A stretch of DNA of 64,000 nucleotides from an uncultured delta proteobacterium (GTDB taxonomy: Bacteria > Myxococcota > Myxococcia > SLRQ01). The notes under the pieces were generated by a model, which was not told where the DNA came from, ran no database searches, and was given only the letters and a program-made list of their open reading frames with translations. Position 1 is the stretch's first letter, and every line of letters starts with the position of its first letter. Shown one piece after another: positions 23,917-33,158 of this stretch. The position numbers and the translations under genes are program-made. The stretch lies in assembly GCA_963727485.1 (NCBI GenBank), contig CAVSGM010000011.1, positions 64,001-128,000 of the forward strand. Direction: 5' to 3'.

Positions 23917-24083
23917 GGACATCTCCTTCCCTGGATGTCCGCGGCGAAGGGCCGCGACCGTGACCCAATCCATAGGAAGACCGTCAGGCCCTCGTCAAAC
24001 CCCAGACCGGGGGACCTCGAGGTCACCTGGCCCGGGCGCCAGGGGGCTTGACCGGAGGCCGATCGCCGGCCGAACCTCGAACG

Positions 24084-25418
24084 ATGATCGACCAGCGCGC
24101 CGGGGGGCTGGTGGCCATCCTGCTGCCCTGGCTGGGCCTGGCGGTGGCGCCGGGTCTGGCCGAGCCCTTCTCCGCCCCCAAGGCCTGGGGCCTGATGGGG
24201 GCCGCCGTCGTGGGCCTGGGGATCCTCCTGGTCCGGCGCGATGCCGGAGCCCGAGGCGACCCGGCCGGCCCCGGGGCGCCGCGGATCCTGGTGGCCCTGG
24301 TTCTCGCCTGGATCGCCAGCGCCGCCCTGGCCACGGTCACCGGCGGCGCCGCCCGCCCGGAGGCGCTCCTCCGGATCCTCGCCGCCGGGGTCCTGCTCCT
24401 GGCGCTCCTCGCCGCGCCCCCGGACCCGCGCGGGGTCCTCGGTGTGGCCTCGGCCACCGGTGTGGCCGTCGCCGCGGTGGTCCTCCTCCAGGCCGCCGGG
24501 TGGGATCCCTTCGCCGCCCTGGGCCTCACCCCGGCGGTGGCCGGGGCCCGGATGCGCCTCTACGGCACCCTGGGGAACCCCGACTTCGTCGCCGGCTTCC
24601 TCGCCGCCACCGCCTGCGCCACCGCCGGGCGCCTGGCCCTCGTGGGCGCCGGGGATCCGCGCCGACGCCTCCGCCGCGCCCTCGGCGCCGTGGCCCTCAC
24701 CGTCGAGCTCGTGGCCCTGGGGCGCCTCGGGTCCCTGGCGACGCTCCTCTCCGTCCTCGGGGCCGGAGCGGTGGTCGCCCTCGCCGGGGGTCGCCGGGCC
24801 CGGCGCCTGGCGCTCGGCCTCGGGGCCGTGGCGCTCCTGGTGGTCGCCGTCGGCGCCCGGCACCGTACCCCGTCGCGAACCGTCGACGGACGCCTCTACC
24901 TCTGGTCCGTGACCGTGCCCCACCTCGCCGGCGCGCCGCTGCTCGGCCACGGCCCCGGGGCCTTCGCCGCCCTCTGGCCCGGGTGGGAGGCGGCGCGGTG
25001 GCGGGCCCACCCGTCCGCCGCCAATCGCCCCTTCGCCGGCAACGAGCGCCACGCCCACGCCGACTGGCTCGAGACCCTCGTCGACACCGGCGCCCTCGGC
25101 CTCCTCGCCCTCGTCGGCCTCCTCGCCGTGGCGCTCTTCCGGGGCCTGCGCCACGGCCGGGTGGAGCCGGCGCGCCTCGCCGCCGCCGCGGGCCTGGCCT
25201 CGATCGTGGCCCGGAGCCTGGTGGACTTCCCCTTCCAGCGCCCGGCAGAGCTGGGCCTCGCCCTCGTCCTGGCGGCGGTCGCCGCCGCGCCCTTTCCCCT
25301 CCACAGAGCGGAGCCCATCCCATGTCCCCAAGCCCCCGTCCCCTCGCCGCCGTCCTCCGTTTCCTTGGCCGCTCACCCGCCCGGGCCGCGGCCCTCGCCG
25401 GTGGCGTCCTCGCCCTGA
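24084..25418 (+). CDS. O-antigen ligase (Wzy_C) family membrane protein
   Basis: YGTLGNPDF, GRLYLW, PLLGHGPGAF, HAHADWLETLVDTG, SLVDFPFQRP. Confidence 0.85.
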   Translation: MIDQRAGGLVAILLPWLGLAVAPGLAEPFSAPKAWGLMGAAVVGLGILLVRRDAGARGDPAGPGAPRILVALVLAWIASAALATVTGGAARPEALLRILAAGVLLLALLAAPPDPRGVLGVASATGVAVAAVVLLQAAGWDPFAALGLTPAVAGARMRLYGTLGNPDFVAGFLAATACATAGRLALVGAGDPRRRLRRALGAVALTVELVALGRLGSLATLLSVLGAGAVVALAGGRRARRLALGLGAVALLVVAVGARHRTPSRTVDGRLYLWSVTVPHLAGAPLLGHGPGAFAALWPGWEAARWRAHPSAANRPFAGNERHAHADWLETLVDTGALGLLALVGLLAVALFRGLRHGRVEPARLAAAAGLASIVARSLVDFPFQRPAELGLALVLAAVAAAPFPLHRAEPIPCPQAPVPSPPSSVSLAAHPPGPRPSPVASSP

Positions 25419-26332
25419 CCGCCGTCGCCTACGCCGGGACCCCGGCCTACCAGGCGCACCTCGACCAGCTGGCCAAGCAGTCCGCCGCCGCCCGGAAGCG
25501 CGCCGGGCTCACCGACCAGGCCGCCTGCGCCCAGGACCCGACCCCGGAGATGCAGTTCGCCAAGCTGGTGCGCGCCAAGGCCGGCTCGACCTTCACCCTC
25601 GAGGCAAAGGGCCACTTCACCAAGGGCACCCACTTCGTGTTCAGAAGCGACCACGTCCACGTGGCCTCGGCCCACCTCAAGGCCGGTGGCGCCGTCATCA
25701 CCGGGCGCATCGATCCCAAGACCATGCCGGGGACCGTGGCCCTCTCCTCGGTGGGCCCCCTGTGCCCGGCCCAGGTCGACTTCGACGCGGTGAAGGTCGA
25801 GGCGGCCACGGTGTGGAAGCTCACCCTCGACAACGGGTGGACCTGCCACCTCGAAGCCGGCGGGGTCGGCGAGGACCGCCACGACTGCAAGGCCACCTGG
25901 TCCGGCGGGGGCCACACCGAGCACTTCCCGTGCGTCCTCAAGGAGGACGGGGACGGCAGCTTTCATGCGGACCTCGGGACCCCGCAGCAGGCCCAGGCCC
26001 GGGCAATGAAGCAGATGCAGACGATGTCCGATCCCGGGGTGCTCAAGGCGCAGGCCGCGGCGCAGAAGGCCGCGGAGAAGATGGGCAAGTGTGCCGACGA
26101 GCAGGGCCAGGCGAAGCAGGTGGCCTGCATCCAGGCGGCGAGCAAAGAGGCCGACGCCCTGGGAGACAAGATCAAGGCGGCCCAGGACAAGGCCCTGAAG
26201 CGCGCCTTGAAGGACGCCTTCGGGTGCCTGTCCCTCGATCTCGCGCTGACCGGCGACCAGGTCTCGGTGGACGCCTCGGGCTGCGGCTACCCCGACACCC
26301 AGAAGGGGCATGGCACGGTGACCGTGCGCTAG
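25322..26332 (+). CDS. Secreted hypothetical protein with Cys pairs and helical insert
   Basis: Signal ending AYA; strong codon bias; start uncertain. Confidence 0.65.
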   Translation: MSPSPRPLAAVLRFLGRSPARAAALAGGVLALTAVAYAGTPAYQAHLDQLAKQSAAARKRAGLTDQAACAQDPTPEMQFAKLVRAKAGSTFTLEAKGHFTKGTHFVFRSDHVHVASAHLKAGGAVITGRIDPKTMPGTVALSSVGPLCPAQVDFDAVKVEAATVWKLTLDNGWTCHLEAGGVGEDRHDCKATWSGGGHTEHFPCVLKEDGDGSFHADLGTPQQAQARAMKQMQTMSDPGVLKAQAAAQKAAEKMGKCADEQGQAKQVACIQAASKEADALGDKIKAAQDKALKRALKDAFGCLSLDLALTGDQVSVDASGCGYPDTQKGHGTVTVR

Positions 26333-26398
26333 CGTCCCCGCCCGCGTCGGGGACGGAACGAAGGAGGCCGGCACCCTGGGGTACCGGCCTCCGTTCGT
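26333..26398. terminator. Two hairpins between convergent genes
   Basis: CGTCCCC/GGGGACG and GGAGGCCGG/CCGGCCTCC stems. Confidence 0.6.
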
Positions 26399-26416
26399 CA
26401 GGCTCGGAAACGTCGG

Positions 26417-26815
26417 CTACCAGCCGCCGCCGCCGCCGCCGCCACGACCGCCGCGGCCACCGCCGCGACCGCCCCGGCCGCCACCGCCGCCACGGCCGCC
26501 GCCGCCGCCGCCGAAGCCGCCGCCGCCGCCGCCACCGCCGAAGCCGCCGCCGCCGCCGCCACGGGGACGACGCTCCTCGGCCTCGTTCACCCGGAGGGGC
26601 CGGCCGTCGAGCATGGTGCCGTCCATGGCCTCGATGGCCTTCTTGGCCGCGTCCTCGTCACCCATGGTGACGAAGGCGAAGCCTCGGCTGCGGCCGGTGT
26701 CCCGGTCGAGCATGAGGCGGAGATCGGTGATCTCGCCGAACTGGGCGAAGGTCTCCCGAAGGATGTCCTCGGTGGTGCCAAAGGACAGGTTGCCAACGTA
26801 CAGGCGATTGTTCAT
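26417..26815 (-). CDS. RRM-domain RNA-binding protein with Gly/RGG tail
   Basis: RNP2 LYVGNL, RNP1 RGFAFV, GRPLRVNEA, Gly-rich tail. Confidence 0.95.
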   Translation of the reverse strand: MNNRLYVGNLSFGTTEDILRETFAQFGEITDLRLMLDRDTGRSRGFAFVTMGDEDAAKKAIEAMDGTMLDGRPLRVNEAEERRPRGGGGGGFGGGGGGGGFGGGGGGRGGGGGRGGRGGGRGGRGGGGGGGW

Positions 26816-27043
26816 CTGCGTCTTCTCACGAGCGACCGAGCGCGCACTAAGCGCATGAGAAAGACTGACACCCGAAGGGTCGCGACGCCGTGTGTCAGTT
26901 GCAGCAGAAGAGGTGCTGCCTCCGCCCGTTGCCGGAGGTAACGGCCTCGTCGCGCACCCACGATACTCGTGAGGAGAGAGCAGAGAGCCGAGCTGCCAGA
27001 AACGGTACCCGCGGAACATGAGGCATGGGATGGGCCCTGTCAA
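26816..27043 (-). promoter_or_regulatory. sigma70 promoter and ~190-nt structured 5' leader of the RRM gene
   Basis: TTGACA(27043-27038)-17 nt-CATGTT; several hairpins including a cUUCGg loop. Confidence 0.6.
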
Positions 27044-27178
27044 GTCGGGATGTTATGGCGATTTCCGGCGGGGATGGCCCCCTGGGGCGCCATCGGAATG
27101 TCACCGGGGGCCCGTTGACGCCGTCTCCCCGGGATCGTATCTGGCGCACACCCATCTTCACCCCCCCCGAGGTTTCCC

Positions 27179-28093
27179 ATGAAGCGCATCTCCCTGGGCC
27201 TGGCGGTCCTCCTCTGCTCCTTCACCCTGGCCACGGCCTGCAACCAGCCCACCGACACCGGCAACGGCGGCGGGACGGACGGCGGCACCACCGGCGGCAC
27301 CACCGACGGCGGGACCACCGGCGGCACCACCGACGGCGGGACCACCGGGGGCACCACCGATGGCGGCACCACCGGGGGCACCGACGGCGGCACCACCGCC
27401 ACCCCGGGCACCCTCACCGTGAACTCCTCGGGGAACGCGCTGCCGGGGGCCTGGATGGTCTCCGACGCCACCGTCCTCGCCAGCGACGGCTCCGGCGCCG
27501 GCGCCACCGACCACCAGGACGTCCTGGTGACCCTCAACGTCGCCACCACCGTCAACGCCAGCGCCAACTGCGCCATCCCCTACAAGACCTACTGCGACAG
27601 CTTCACCGTCCAGGACGCCAGCGGGAACCAGGTGGTCGTCGACGACTACAGCTTCCTCGGGACCCACCCGGCCTGCACCATGCCCCCTGCGGACGGCACC
27701 AGCCTCACCACCGTCACCGGCACCTGGGAGGCCCACTACGACTCGACGCTCAAGAAGACCACCTGGGCCATCGCCCTGGCGGACTGCTCGGGCATCGGGC
27801 AGGGCACCGCCTACAGCGGCTCCAACCAGGCGCCCCTCTCCCAGGACATCGCGAACCTCAAGGCCAACGGGGGGCTCCAGGACGGGCCCAGCGGCTCGGT
27901 GAGCGGGGTGGTCATCGCCGCCTGGTCGGCGAAGACCGCCTGGGGCTTCACCATGGAGGACCCCGACGGCGGGGCCGCCATCACCGTGAAGTGGAGCAGC
28001 TCCTCGTCGAGCACCGCCACCGAGCCCGCGGTGGGCGACGACGTGACCGTGACCGGCACCGTGGTCGCGGTGGCCAACGAGATCAAGCTCTAG
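27179..28093 (+). CDS. Lipoprotein with TDGGTTGG repeat linker and OB-fold-like domains
   Basis: Lipobox ATAC; 27-nt repeats about 27263-27398; PAVGDDVTVTGTV. Confidence 0.75.
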   Translation: MKRISLGLAVLLCSFTLATACNQPTDTGNGGGTDGGTTGGTTDGGTTGGTTDGGTTGGTTDGGTTGGTDGGTTATPGTLTVNSSGNALPGAWMVSDATVLASDGSGAGATDHQDVLVTLNVATTVNASANCAIPYKTYCDSFTVQDASGNQVVVDDYSFLGTHPACTMPPADGTSLTTVTGTWEAHYDSTLKKTTWAIALADCSGIGQGTAYSGSNQAPLSQDIANLKANGGLQDGPSGSVSGVVIAAWSAKTAWGFTMEDPDGGAAITVKWSSSSSSTATEPAVGDDVTVTGTVVAVANEIKL

Positions 28094-28105
28094 GCCAGGC
28101 GAGGG

Positions 28106-28774
28106 TCAGCGCCGCCCGTAGTCGAGCGGCGTCCCCTGGCGCTGGGCGAGGATGTAGGCCTCCAGGGCCCGCATCCTCGCTCCGTCCGGGTCGAAGCCCG
28201 GACCCCGCACCGGCTGCTCCGCGCACCAGTTGATCATGTCGCGGAGCAGCGCCACCCGCCCCAGCTGCACCTGGAACTTGGGGTAGGTCTCGGGGTGGGT
28301 GTTGGCGGCGTCGGGGTGGCACATGTCGCAGCTCACCGCGACGGTGCTCCCCAGCTCGTCGGCGCTGTGGAAGATCTTCGAGCCCATGGCCACCAGCTTC
28401 CGGGTCTCCCGGTCCCAGGTGGCCACGTCGGCGGCGGTGATCTGGCCGGAGGTGGCCCCCTGGCCCCGGCCCACGACGCCCGAGTTGTCCGCCGGCGGCT
28501 TGATGACGTGGCGGGCGTGCTGCTCGGCGACCCAGTCGCTCTCCGGGTGCATCCGCTGCCACTGGGCCATGATCGCCGCGGCCACCTTCACCCCGTTGTC
28601 GTGGGTGGGGTGGGCGGTGGCCTCGGCCATGGCGTCCTTCACCGCCGGGGTGGCCATGGGCGTGGGCTGCGCCTCGGCCCGGGGGGCCTGGTCGTGGGTG
28701 CAGCCGGCGACGACGATCGCCGCCGTGGCTGCAAGGAGGGTCCCCATCCTTCGGGTCACCGCGTGCGCGTCCAT
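28106..28774 (-). CDS. Monoheme cytochrome c lipoprotein, SoxA/TsdA-domain-like
   Basis: Lipobox VAGC; CDMCH; TYPKF..LRDMINWC..ALEAYI. Confidence 0.8.
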   Translation of the reverse strand: MDAHAVTRRMGTLLAATAAIVVAGCTHDQAPRAEAQPTPMATPAVKDAMAEATAHPTHDNGVKVAAAIMAQWQRMHPESDWVAEQHARHVIKPPADNSGVVGRGQGATSGQITAADVATWDRETRKLVAMGSKIFHSADELGSTVAVSCDMCHPDAANTHPETYPKFQVQLGRVALLRDMINWCAEQPVRGPGFDPDGARMRALEAYILAQRQGTPLDYGRR

Positions 28775-28785
28775 CGTCCCCTCCG

Positions 28786-29916
28786 TCAGTAGCTGGTGAG
28801 GTTGGGCCTGGCCGGGGCGGCGCGGCGGCCGCGGCTTGCGAGGTACCGGGCCCGCACCGTCACCGGGTTGCGGTTCCAGAGGTTGTAGACCTTGTCCACC
28901 AGGCCGTCCGGGTGGACCAGCGCCGTCCCGTCGCCGCAGCCGTCGCTCGGGTTGAAGGGGTCGGGGCGGTTCATCTGCACCGTGAGCGCCGGCAGCCCCT
29001 CGGGGGCGTAGGGCCAGGGCCAGGCGGTGGAGAGCATCCCGTGGAAGTCGATGTTGCCGATGCGGTTGGTGAGCAGCTGGTGGGTGTGGCCGTGGATCAC
29101 GGTCACGTGGCGGAAACGCTTGAGGATCGCCTGGACCTCCTCGGCGTCCACGGTCCAGAAGTTCCAGGGCTCGTAGTACTTGTAGAGGGGCGAGTGGCTG
29201 AAGACGATCACCGGGGTGGTCGCGCGCACCTTCGCCAGGTCGGCCTTGAGCCACGCCCGCTGGGGCGCGCCCACCTCGAAGCGGCTCTGGATCCCGTTGT
29301 CGAGGCCGGCGACGGTCTGCATCCGCTCCATGGGCGTCAGGTTGCGCTGGGTCCAGAAGTCCTGCTCCACCACGCTGTTGAGGACCACGAAGTGCACGCC
29401 CTTGTGGTCGAAGCTGTAGGTGGGCTTGCCGAACATCTCCCGCCACTTCTGGCCGAGGTCGAAGTACCAGTCGTGCTCGCCGACCATCATGTGGACCGGC
29501 GCCTTGAGGTGCTTGAGGATGGACGCGCCGAGCTCGAGCTCGGCGCCCTGGCCGAGCTGGGCGAGGTCGCCGCCGTAGAGGACGAAGTCGGGCTGGGGGT
29601 CGAGGGCGTTCACGTCGTCCACCGCCCGGAGCAGGCCGTTGACGAAGCGGTCGTTGACGGCCTTCTCGTAGAGGTGGGAGTCGGAGATGTAGGCGATGCG
29701 GAAGCCCGTCTGCTTCCCGTCGCCCTCGGCGGCGTAGGCGACGTCGATGGGCATGAACGAGTGGGGGAACCACAGGTCCTTGGCGAGGACGGCGCCGGCG
29801 GCGGCGAGCGACACCCGGAGGAAGTCCCGGCGGTCCAGGTGGGCGAGGCCCCGGAACAGGCCCTGGCGCTCGCGCTCGTGCTTCGTCTCCACGCTCTCGA
29901 TCTTCGGGCGCTTCAT
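28786..29916 (-). CDS. Tat-exported calcineurin-like metallophosphoesterase
   Basis: DRRDFL Tat motif; DSH, GGD, GEHD, HSP, GHTH motifs. Confidence 0.9.
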   Translation of the reverse strand: MKRPKIESVETKHERERQGLFRGLAHLDRRDFLRVSLAAAGAVLAKDLWFPHSFMPIDVAYAAEGDGKQTGFRIAYISDSHLYEKAVNDRFVNGLLRAVDDVNALDPQPDFVLYGGDLAQLGQGAELELGASILKHLKAPVHMMVGEHDWYFDLGQKWREMFGKPTYSFDHKGVHFVVLNSVVEQDFWTQRNLTPMERMQTVAGLDNGIQSRFEVGAPQRAWLKADLAKVRATTPVIVFSHSPLYKYYEPWNFWTVDAEEVQAILKRFRHVTVIHGHTHQLLTNRIGNIDFHGMLSTAWPWPYAPEGLPALTVQMNRPDPFNPSDGCGDGTALVHPDGLVDKVYNLWNRNPVTVRARYLASRGRRAAPARPNLTSY

Positions 29917-29920
29917 CGCC

Positions 29921-31312
29921 TCACTCCTTCCCCGCGGGGGTGCCCTGGACGCGCTGCTCGAAGGGCAGGACCTTGCGCTGGGCCAGCGCATCGTCCCGGA
30001 ACGGCCGCTTCCCCTCGTCGATGGCGATGTGGCGCTGGGCCGCCTCCTCCCGGGCGTTGTCGGCGGCGAGGCGGTCGTCGGTGAGGGTGAAGAGGAAGGC
30101 GACCAGGTCGTTCACCTCGGCCTCGGTGAGCGCCAACGGCTCGATGCCCCCGTCGAGGAACGGGTTGGCGTCGCCGCCCTTGTTGTAGTGGTCGACGACG
30201 TCCCAGAGGGTGCGCATGGAGCCGTCGTGCATGTAGGGCGCGGTGATGCCCACGTTGGTGACCTGGAGGGTCTTGAAGGCGCCGATGTCGGCGCGGTCCT
30301 TGGTGACCAGGAACCGCCCGAGCTCGGACATGTCGGTCTCGAGCGCCAGGCGATCGACCTCGTGGATGCCGCCGTCCTTGGCCAGGGCCGTGAGGGCCTT
30401 CACCGCCAGGCCCTCGAAGTCCTGGTGGAGGGCGGCGACGCCGAGGTTGTGGAACCGGTTGTCGGTGCCCACGGGGTTGGTGGGGCTGATCGGGTGGCAG
30501 CTCACGCACCTTGCCTTGCCGTTGTAGAGGATCCACCCGCGCTTCGCCGACTCGGAGATGGCGCTCTGGTCCCCGGCGACGAAGCGGCGGAACGGCGAGT
30601 CGAGGAAGACCAGGGTGCGCTCGAAGGCGGCGATGGCCTTGCCGGTGTCGGTGTAGTTGGGCGCGTGGCCGTAGGCGGCCTGGAACATCGGCGCGTAGGC
30701 GGGCTCGGCGGCGAGCGCCCGCTCCACCGCCTTGGCGTTGGGCTGGCCCATCTCGATGGGGTTGACCAGGGGCAGCTCCGCCTGCTTCTCCAGGCTCGCG
30801 GCCCGGCCGTCGAGGAACTGGGTCTGGAGAAAGAGGGCGTTGAGGGTGGTCGGGGCGTTGCGCTTGCCCAGCTGCCCGTGGATGCCCTCGGAGGTCGGCC
30901 GCTGGTCGGTGAAGCCCCGGCTCACGTCGTGGCAGGTGGCGCAGGAGACGGTGCCGTCGGCGGAGAGCTTGGGATCGAAGTAGAGCTTCCTGCCCAGCGC
31001 CACCCGCTCGGGGGTCATGGCGTTGTCCTTGGGGACGAGCTCGGCCCAGACCACCGGGTCGATGTCCTTGGGCCTCGTCGCCACCGCGCGGCCCTTCACC
31101 AGGGCGTCGAAGCGCTGCTCCTGCTCGGCCTCGGCGAGGGCCCCGTGGGGCGCGAGCTGGCCCTCGGGGACGGTGGGCGAGATGTCGGTCCGGGACGGCG
31201 TCCCCTGGGCCCCGGCACCCTGGGCCACCCCGACCGCGGCGGTGATGATGATGGCGACAGTGGCGGCCATGGCCACCACGTCCACGCGACACGTCCCCCC
31301 GGTCTTGCGCAT
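29921..31312 (-). CDS. Diheme cytochrome c peroxidase/MauG family protein
   Basis: LGRKLYFDPKLS..SCATCH, CVSCH, TAPYMHDGS. Confidence 0.9.
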   Translation of the reverse strand: MRKTGGTCRVDVVAMAATVAIIITAAVGVAQGAGAQGTPSRTDISPTVPEGQLAPHGALAEAEQEQRFDALVKGRAVATRPKDIDPVVWAELVPKDNAMTPERVALGRKLYFDPKLSADGTVSCATCHDVSRGFTDQRPTSEGIHGQLGKRNAPTTLNALFLQTQFLDGRAASLEKQAELPLVNPIEMGQPNAKAVERALAAEPAYAPMFQAAYGHAPNYTDTGKAIAAFERTLVFLDSPFRRFVAGDQSAISESAKRGWILYNGKARCVSCHPISPTNPVGTDNRFHNLGVAALHQDFEGLAVKALTALAKDGGIHEVDRLALETDMSELGRFLVTKDRADIGAFKTLQVTNVGITAPYMHDGSMRTLWDVVDHYNKGGDANPFLDGGIEPLALTEAEVNDLVAFLFTLTDDRLAADNAREEAAQRHIAIDEGKRPFRDDALAQRKVLPFEQRVQGTPAGKE

Positions 31313-31437
31313 CGGTCCCCCCGGCTCGATGGGCGCGCCCCGGCCAGGCCGCGGCGCTTGGGCAACCCTACGTCATTCACCGTGGGGGACAAGGCGGGGC
31401 TGATCCCCAGGGATGGGATCCCGGTTACCCTCTTGCC

Positions 31438-31885
31438 GTGCCCACCCACCTGGAGAGCTATCGCCCGCTGCTCCCCGCCCTCGCCGCCGAGGGTGACGAT
31501 CCACGGGCCTGCCTGGAGGCGCTGGGTGTCGATCCGGACGCCGAGGTCGGGGACGGGGCGGAGCGCGTCGCCGAAGGGCTCCTCGCCGCCGGGATCGCCC
31601 GGCGCGGCGACGCCTTTGCGCTGCGCGCCGGCGCCTGCCTCGACCTCGGCGACCTCGGGCTCTACGGCTACGCCTGCCTCACCGCTCCGGACCTGGGGAC
31701 GGCGCCGAGGTGGTGCCGCGGGCGGTGACCTTCGCCCACGCCGCCCCCGAGGACGCCCGGGCATTTCGGGCGCGGTTCCGGGCGCCGGTGGTCTTCGGGG
31801 CGCCGCGCCACGCCGTGGTGCTCCCCCGGGCGCGCCACGGCCACCCGGCGCTCGCCGCCTACTTCGAGGCCGAGGCCGCGCCGGC
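31438..31885 (+). pseudogene. Eroded AraC-family regulator (ligand-binding domain fragments, no HTH)
   Basis: GDLGLYGYACLTAPDLGTA, then in another frame P.AVTFAHAAP...FRAPVVFGA. Confidence 0.6.
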
Positions 31886-31943
31886 CATCGGCATCGGGGC
31901 CCGATGTGCAGTAGGGTGGCCGCCCAGCCAGGAGGAACCCGAC

Positions 31944-32651
31944 ATGCGCCCGTCCCACTCGATCCCCGCCGTCCTCGCCGCCGGCGCCCTGCTCGCCGGG
32001 TGCGCCGGCCCCCGAGCCGAGGCGAAGCCCGCGCCCGCCGCCACGCCCGCGCCCGCCGCGGCGGCGAAGCCCGCGCCCTCGCCCGCCGCCCCCGCGAAGC
32101 CCCCGGCCGCCGCGAAGCCCCCGGCCGCCGCGAAGCCCGCCGCCGGAGGCATCGCGACCCTCGCCCTCGACAAGGGCAAGCGCGTCGTGACCATGCAGGG
32201 CGCGCCGGCGCGCATCGTCATCCCCGACGGGTGGCACGTGGTGAAGCAGGACGCCCACCACCTCCTCTTCGCCCGCACCCCGGTCGCCGGCACCGTGCGC
32301 CCGGTCATCCAGGTGAAGGTCAGCGCCGCCGCCAATCCCTCCGACGTCCCCTCGGTGGTCCACCAGGTGGTCCTCGCCGCCTTCGCCCCGGTGGACGGCG
32401 GCGACCCCTCGAAGCTCAAGCTCCCCGACGGGTGGGACGGCGGCGCCCTCGGGCAGAGCGGGGTCTCGGGCCAGGGCGAGGTGAAGGTCGCGGGCAGGGC
32501 CTACCAGACGCGGTGGCGCTACTTCGAGGCCACCGGCGGTCACACCCGCCTCGCCATCGCCGGCGCCTGCCCCCAGCGCGGCCCGGACAGCTGCGACGAG
32601 GAGTTCGCCTCGGTGGTCAGCTCCTTCGTGACCAGCGCCACCGACAAGTAG
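31944..32651 (+). CDS. Hypothetical lipoprotein with PAAAKP linker
   Basis: RBS AGGAGG, lipobox LAGC. Confidence 0.75.
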   Translation: MRPSHSIPAVLAAGALLAGCAGPRAEAKPAPAATPAPAAAAKPAPSPAAPAKPPAAAKPPAAAKPAAGGIATLALDKGKRVVTMQGAPARIVIPDGWHVVKQDAHHLLFARTPVAGTVRPVIQVKVSAAANPSDVPSVVHQVVLAAFAPVDGGDPSKLKLPDGWDGGALGQSGVSGQGEVKVAGRAYQTRWRYFEATGGHTRLAIAGACPQRGPDSCDEEFASVVSSFVTSATDK

Positions 32652-32658
32652 CGGGCCC

Positions 32659-33114
32659 ATGCTCCACTTCGGCGGCACCCACCTCCCCAGCCTGCTCCGC
32701 GACCTGCCGGGCATGACCCTCTATGTCCTGACCCTGGCGGTGCTCCTGGTGAAGATGCAGGCGGTGGCCGCCTGGACCGGCGTCGTCCGCGCCCGGGTCG
32801 GCAGCCCCAACCCCGAGGACCACCCGGACGGCCAGGCCCCGGCCACCGAGCACCCGGACCTGTTGCGCTGCCGCCGCGCCCACCGCAACGACCTGGAGAA
32901 CATCCCCACGTTCCTCGTCCTGGCCCTCGTGGCGGTCCTGGTGGGGGTGCCGACGACGGGCCTGTGGATCTGCTTCGGCGCCTTCGTGGTGGCCCGGGTG
33001 GCCCACTCGATCTTCTACCTCTCGGCGACCCAGCCCTGGCGCTCCCGGAGCTACGGCATCGGGCTCCTGGCGACCCTGGGGCTCCTGGTCCTGGTGCTGG
33101 TCCGGGTGGTCTAG
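32659..33114 (+). CDS. MAPEG family membrane protein
   Basis: NPED, RRAHRNDLENIP, ARVAHS. Confidence 0.9.
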   Translation: MLHFGGTHLPSLLRDLPGMTLYVLTLAVLLVKMQAVAAWTGVVRARVGSPNPEDHPDGQAPATEHPDLLRCRRAHRNDLENIPTFLVLALVAVLVGVPTTGLWICFGAFVVARVAHSIFYLSATQPWRSRSYGIGLLATLGLLVLVLVRVV

Positions 33115-33158
33115 AAGGCGTGGCCCCAGGCGCGCCGATGCGCTAGGCTGCGCGCCCC

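Larger units (their letters stand above)
19209..23999 (-). repeat. Tandem duplication of an ~2.15 kb lipoprotein+fibre cassette (19209-21354 and 21824-23999)
   Basis: Long near-identical DNA stretches (e.g. around 20330-20400 vs 22960-23025) and conserved upstream elements. Confidence 0.9.

Noticed and set aside
19209..23999. Diversity-generating retroelement or shufflon behind tip variation
   Set aside because: No reverse transcriptase, recombinase or adenine-specific template/variable repeat pair seen
27263..27398. Short tandem repeats as possible CRISPR (also 21060-21185 and 37775-37892)
   Set aside because: In-frame coding repeats with no unique spacers and no cas genes
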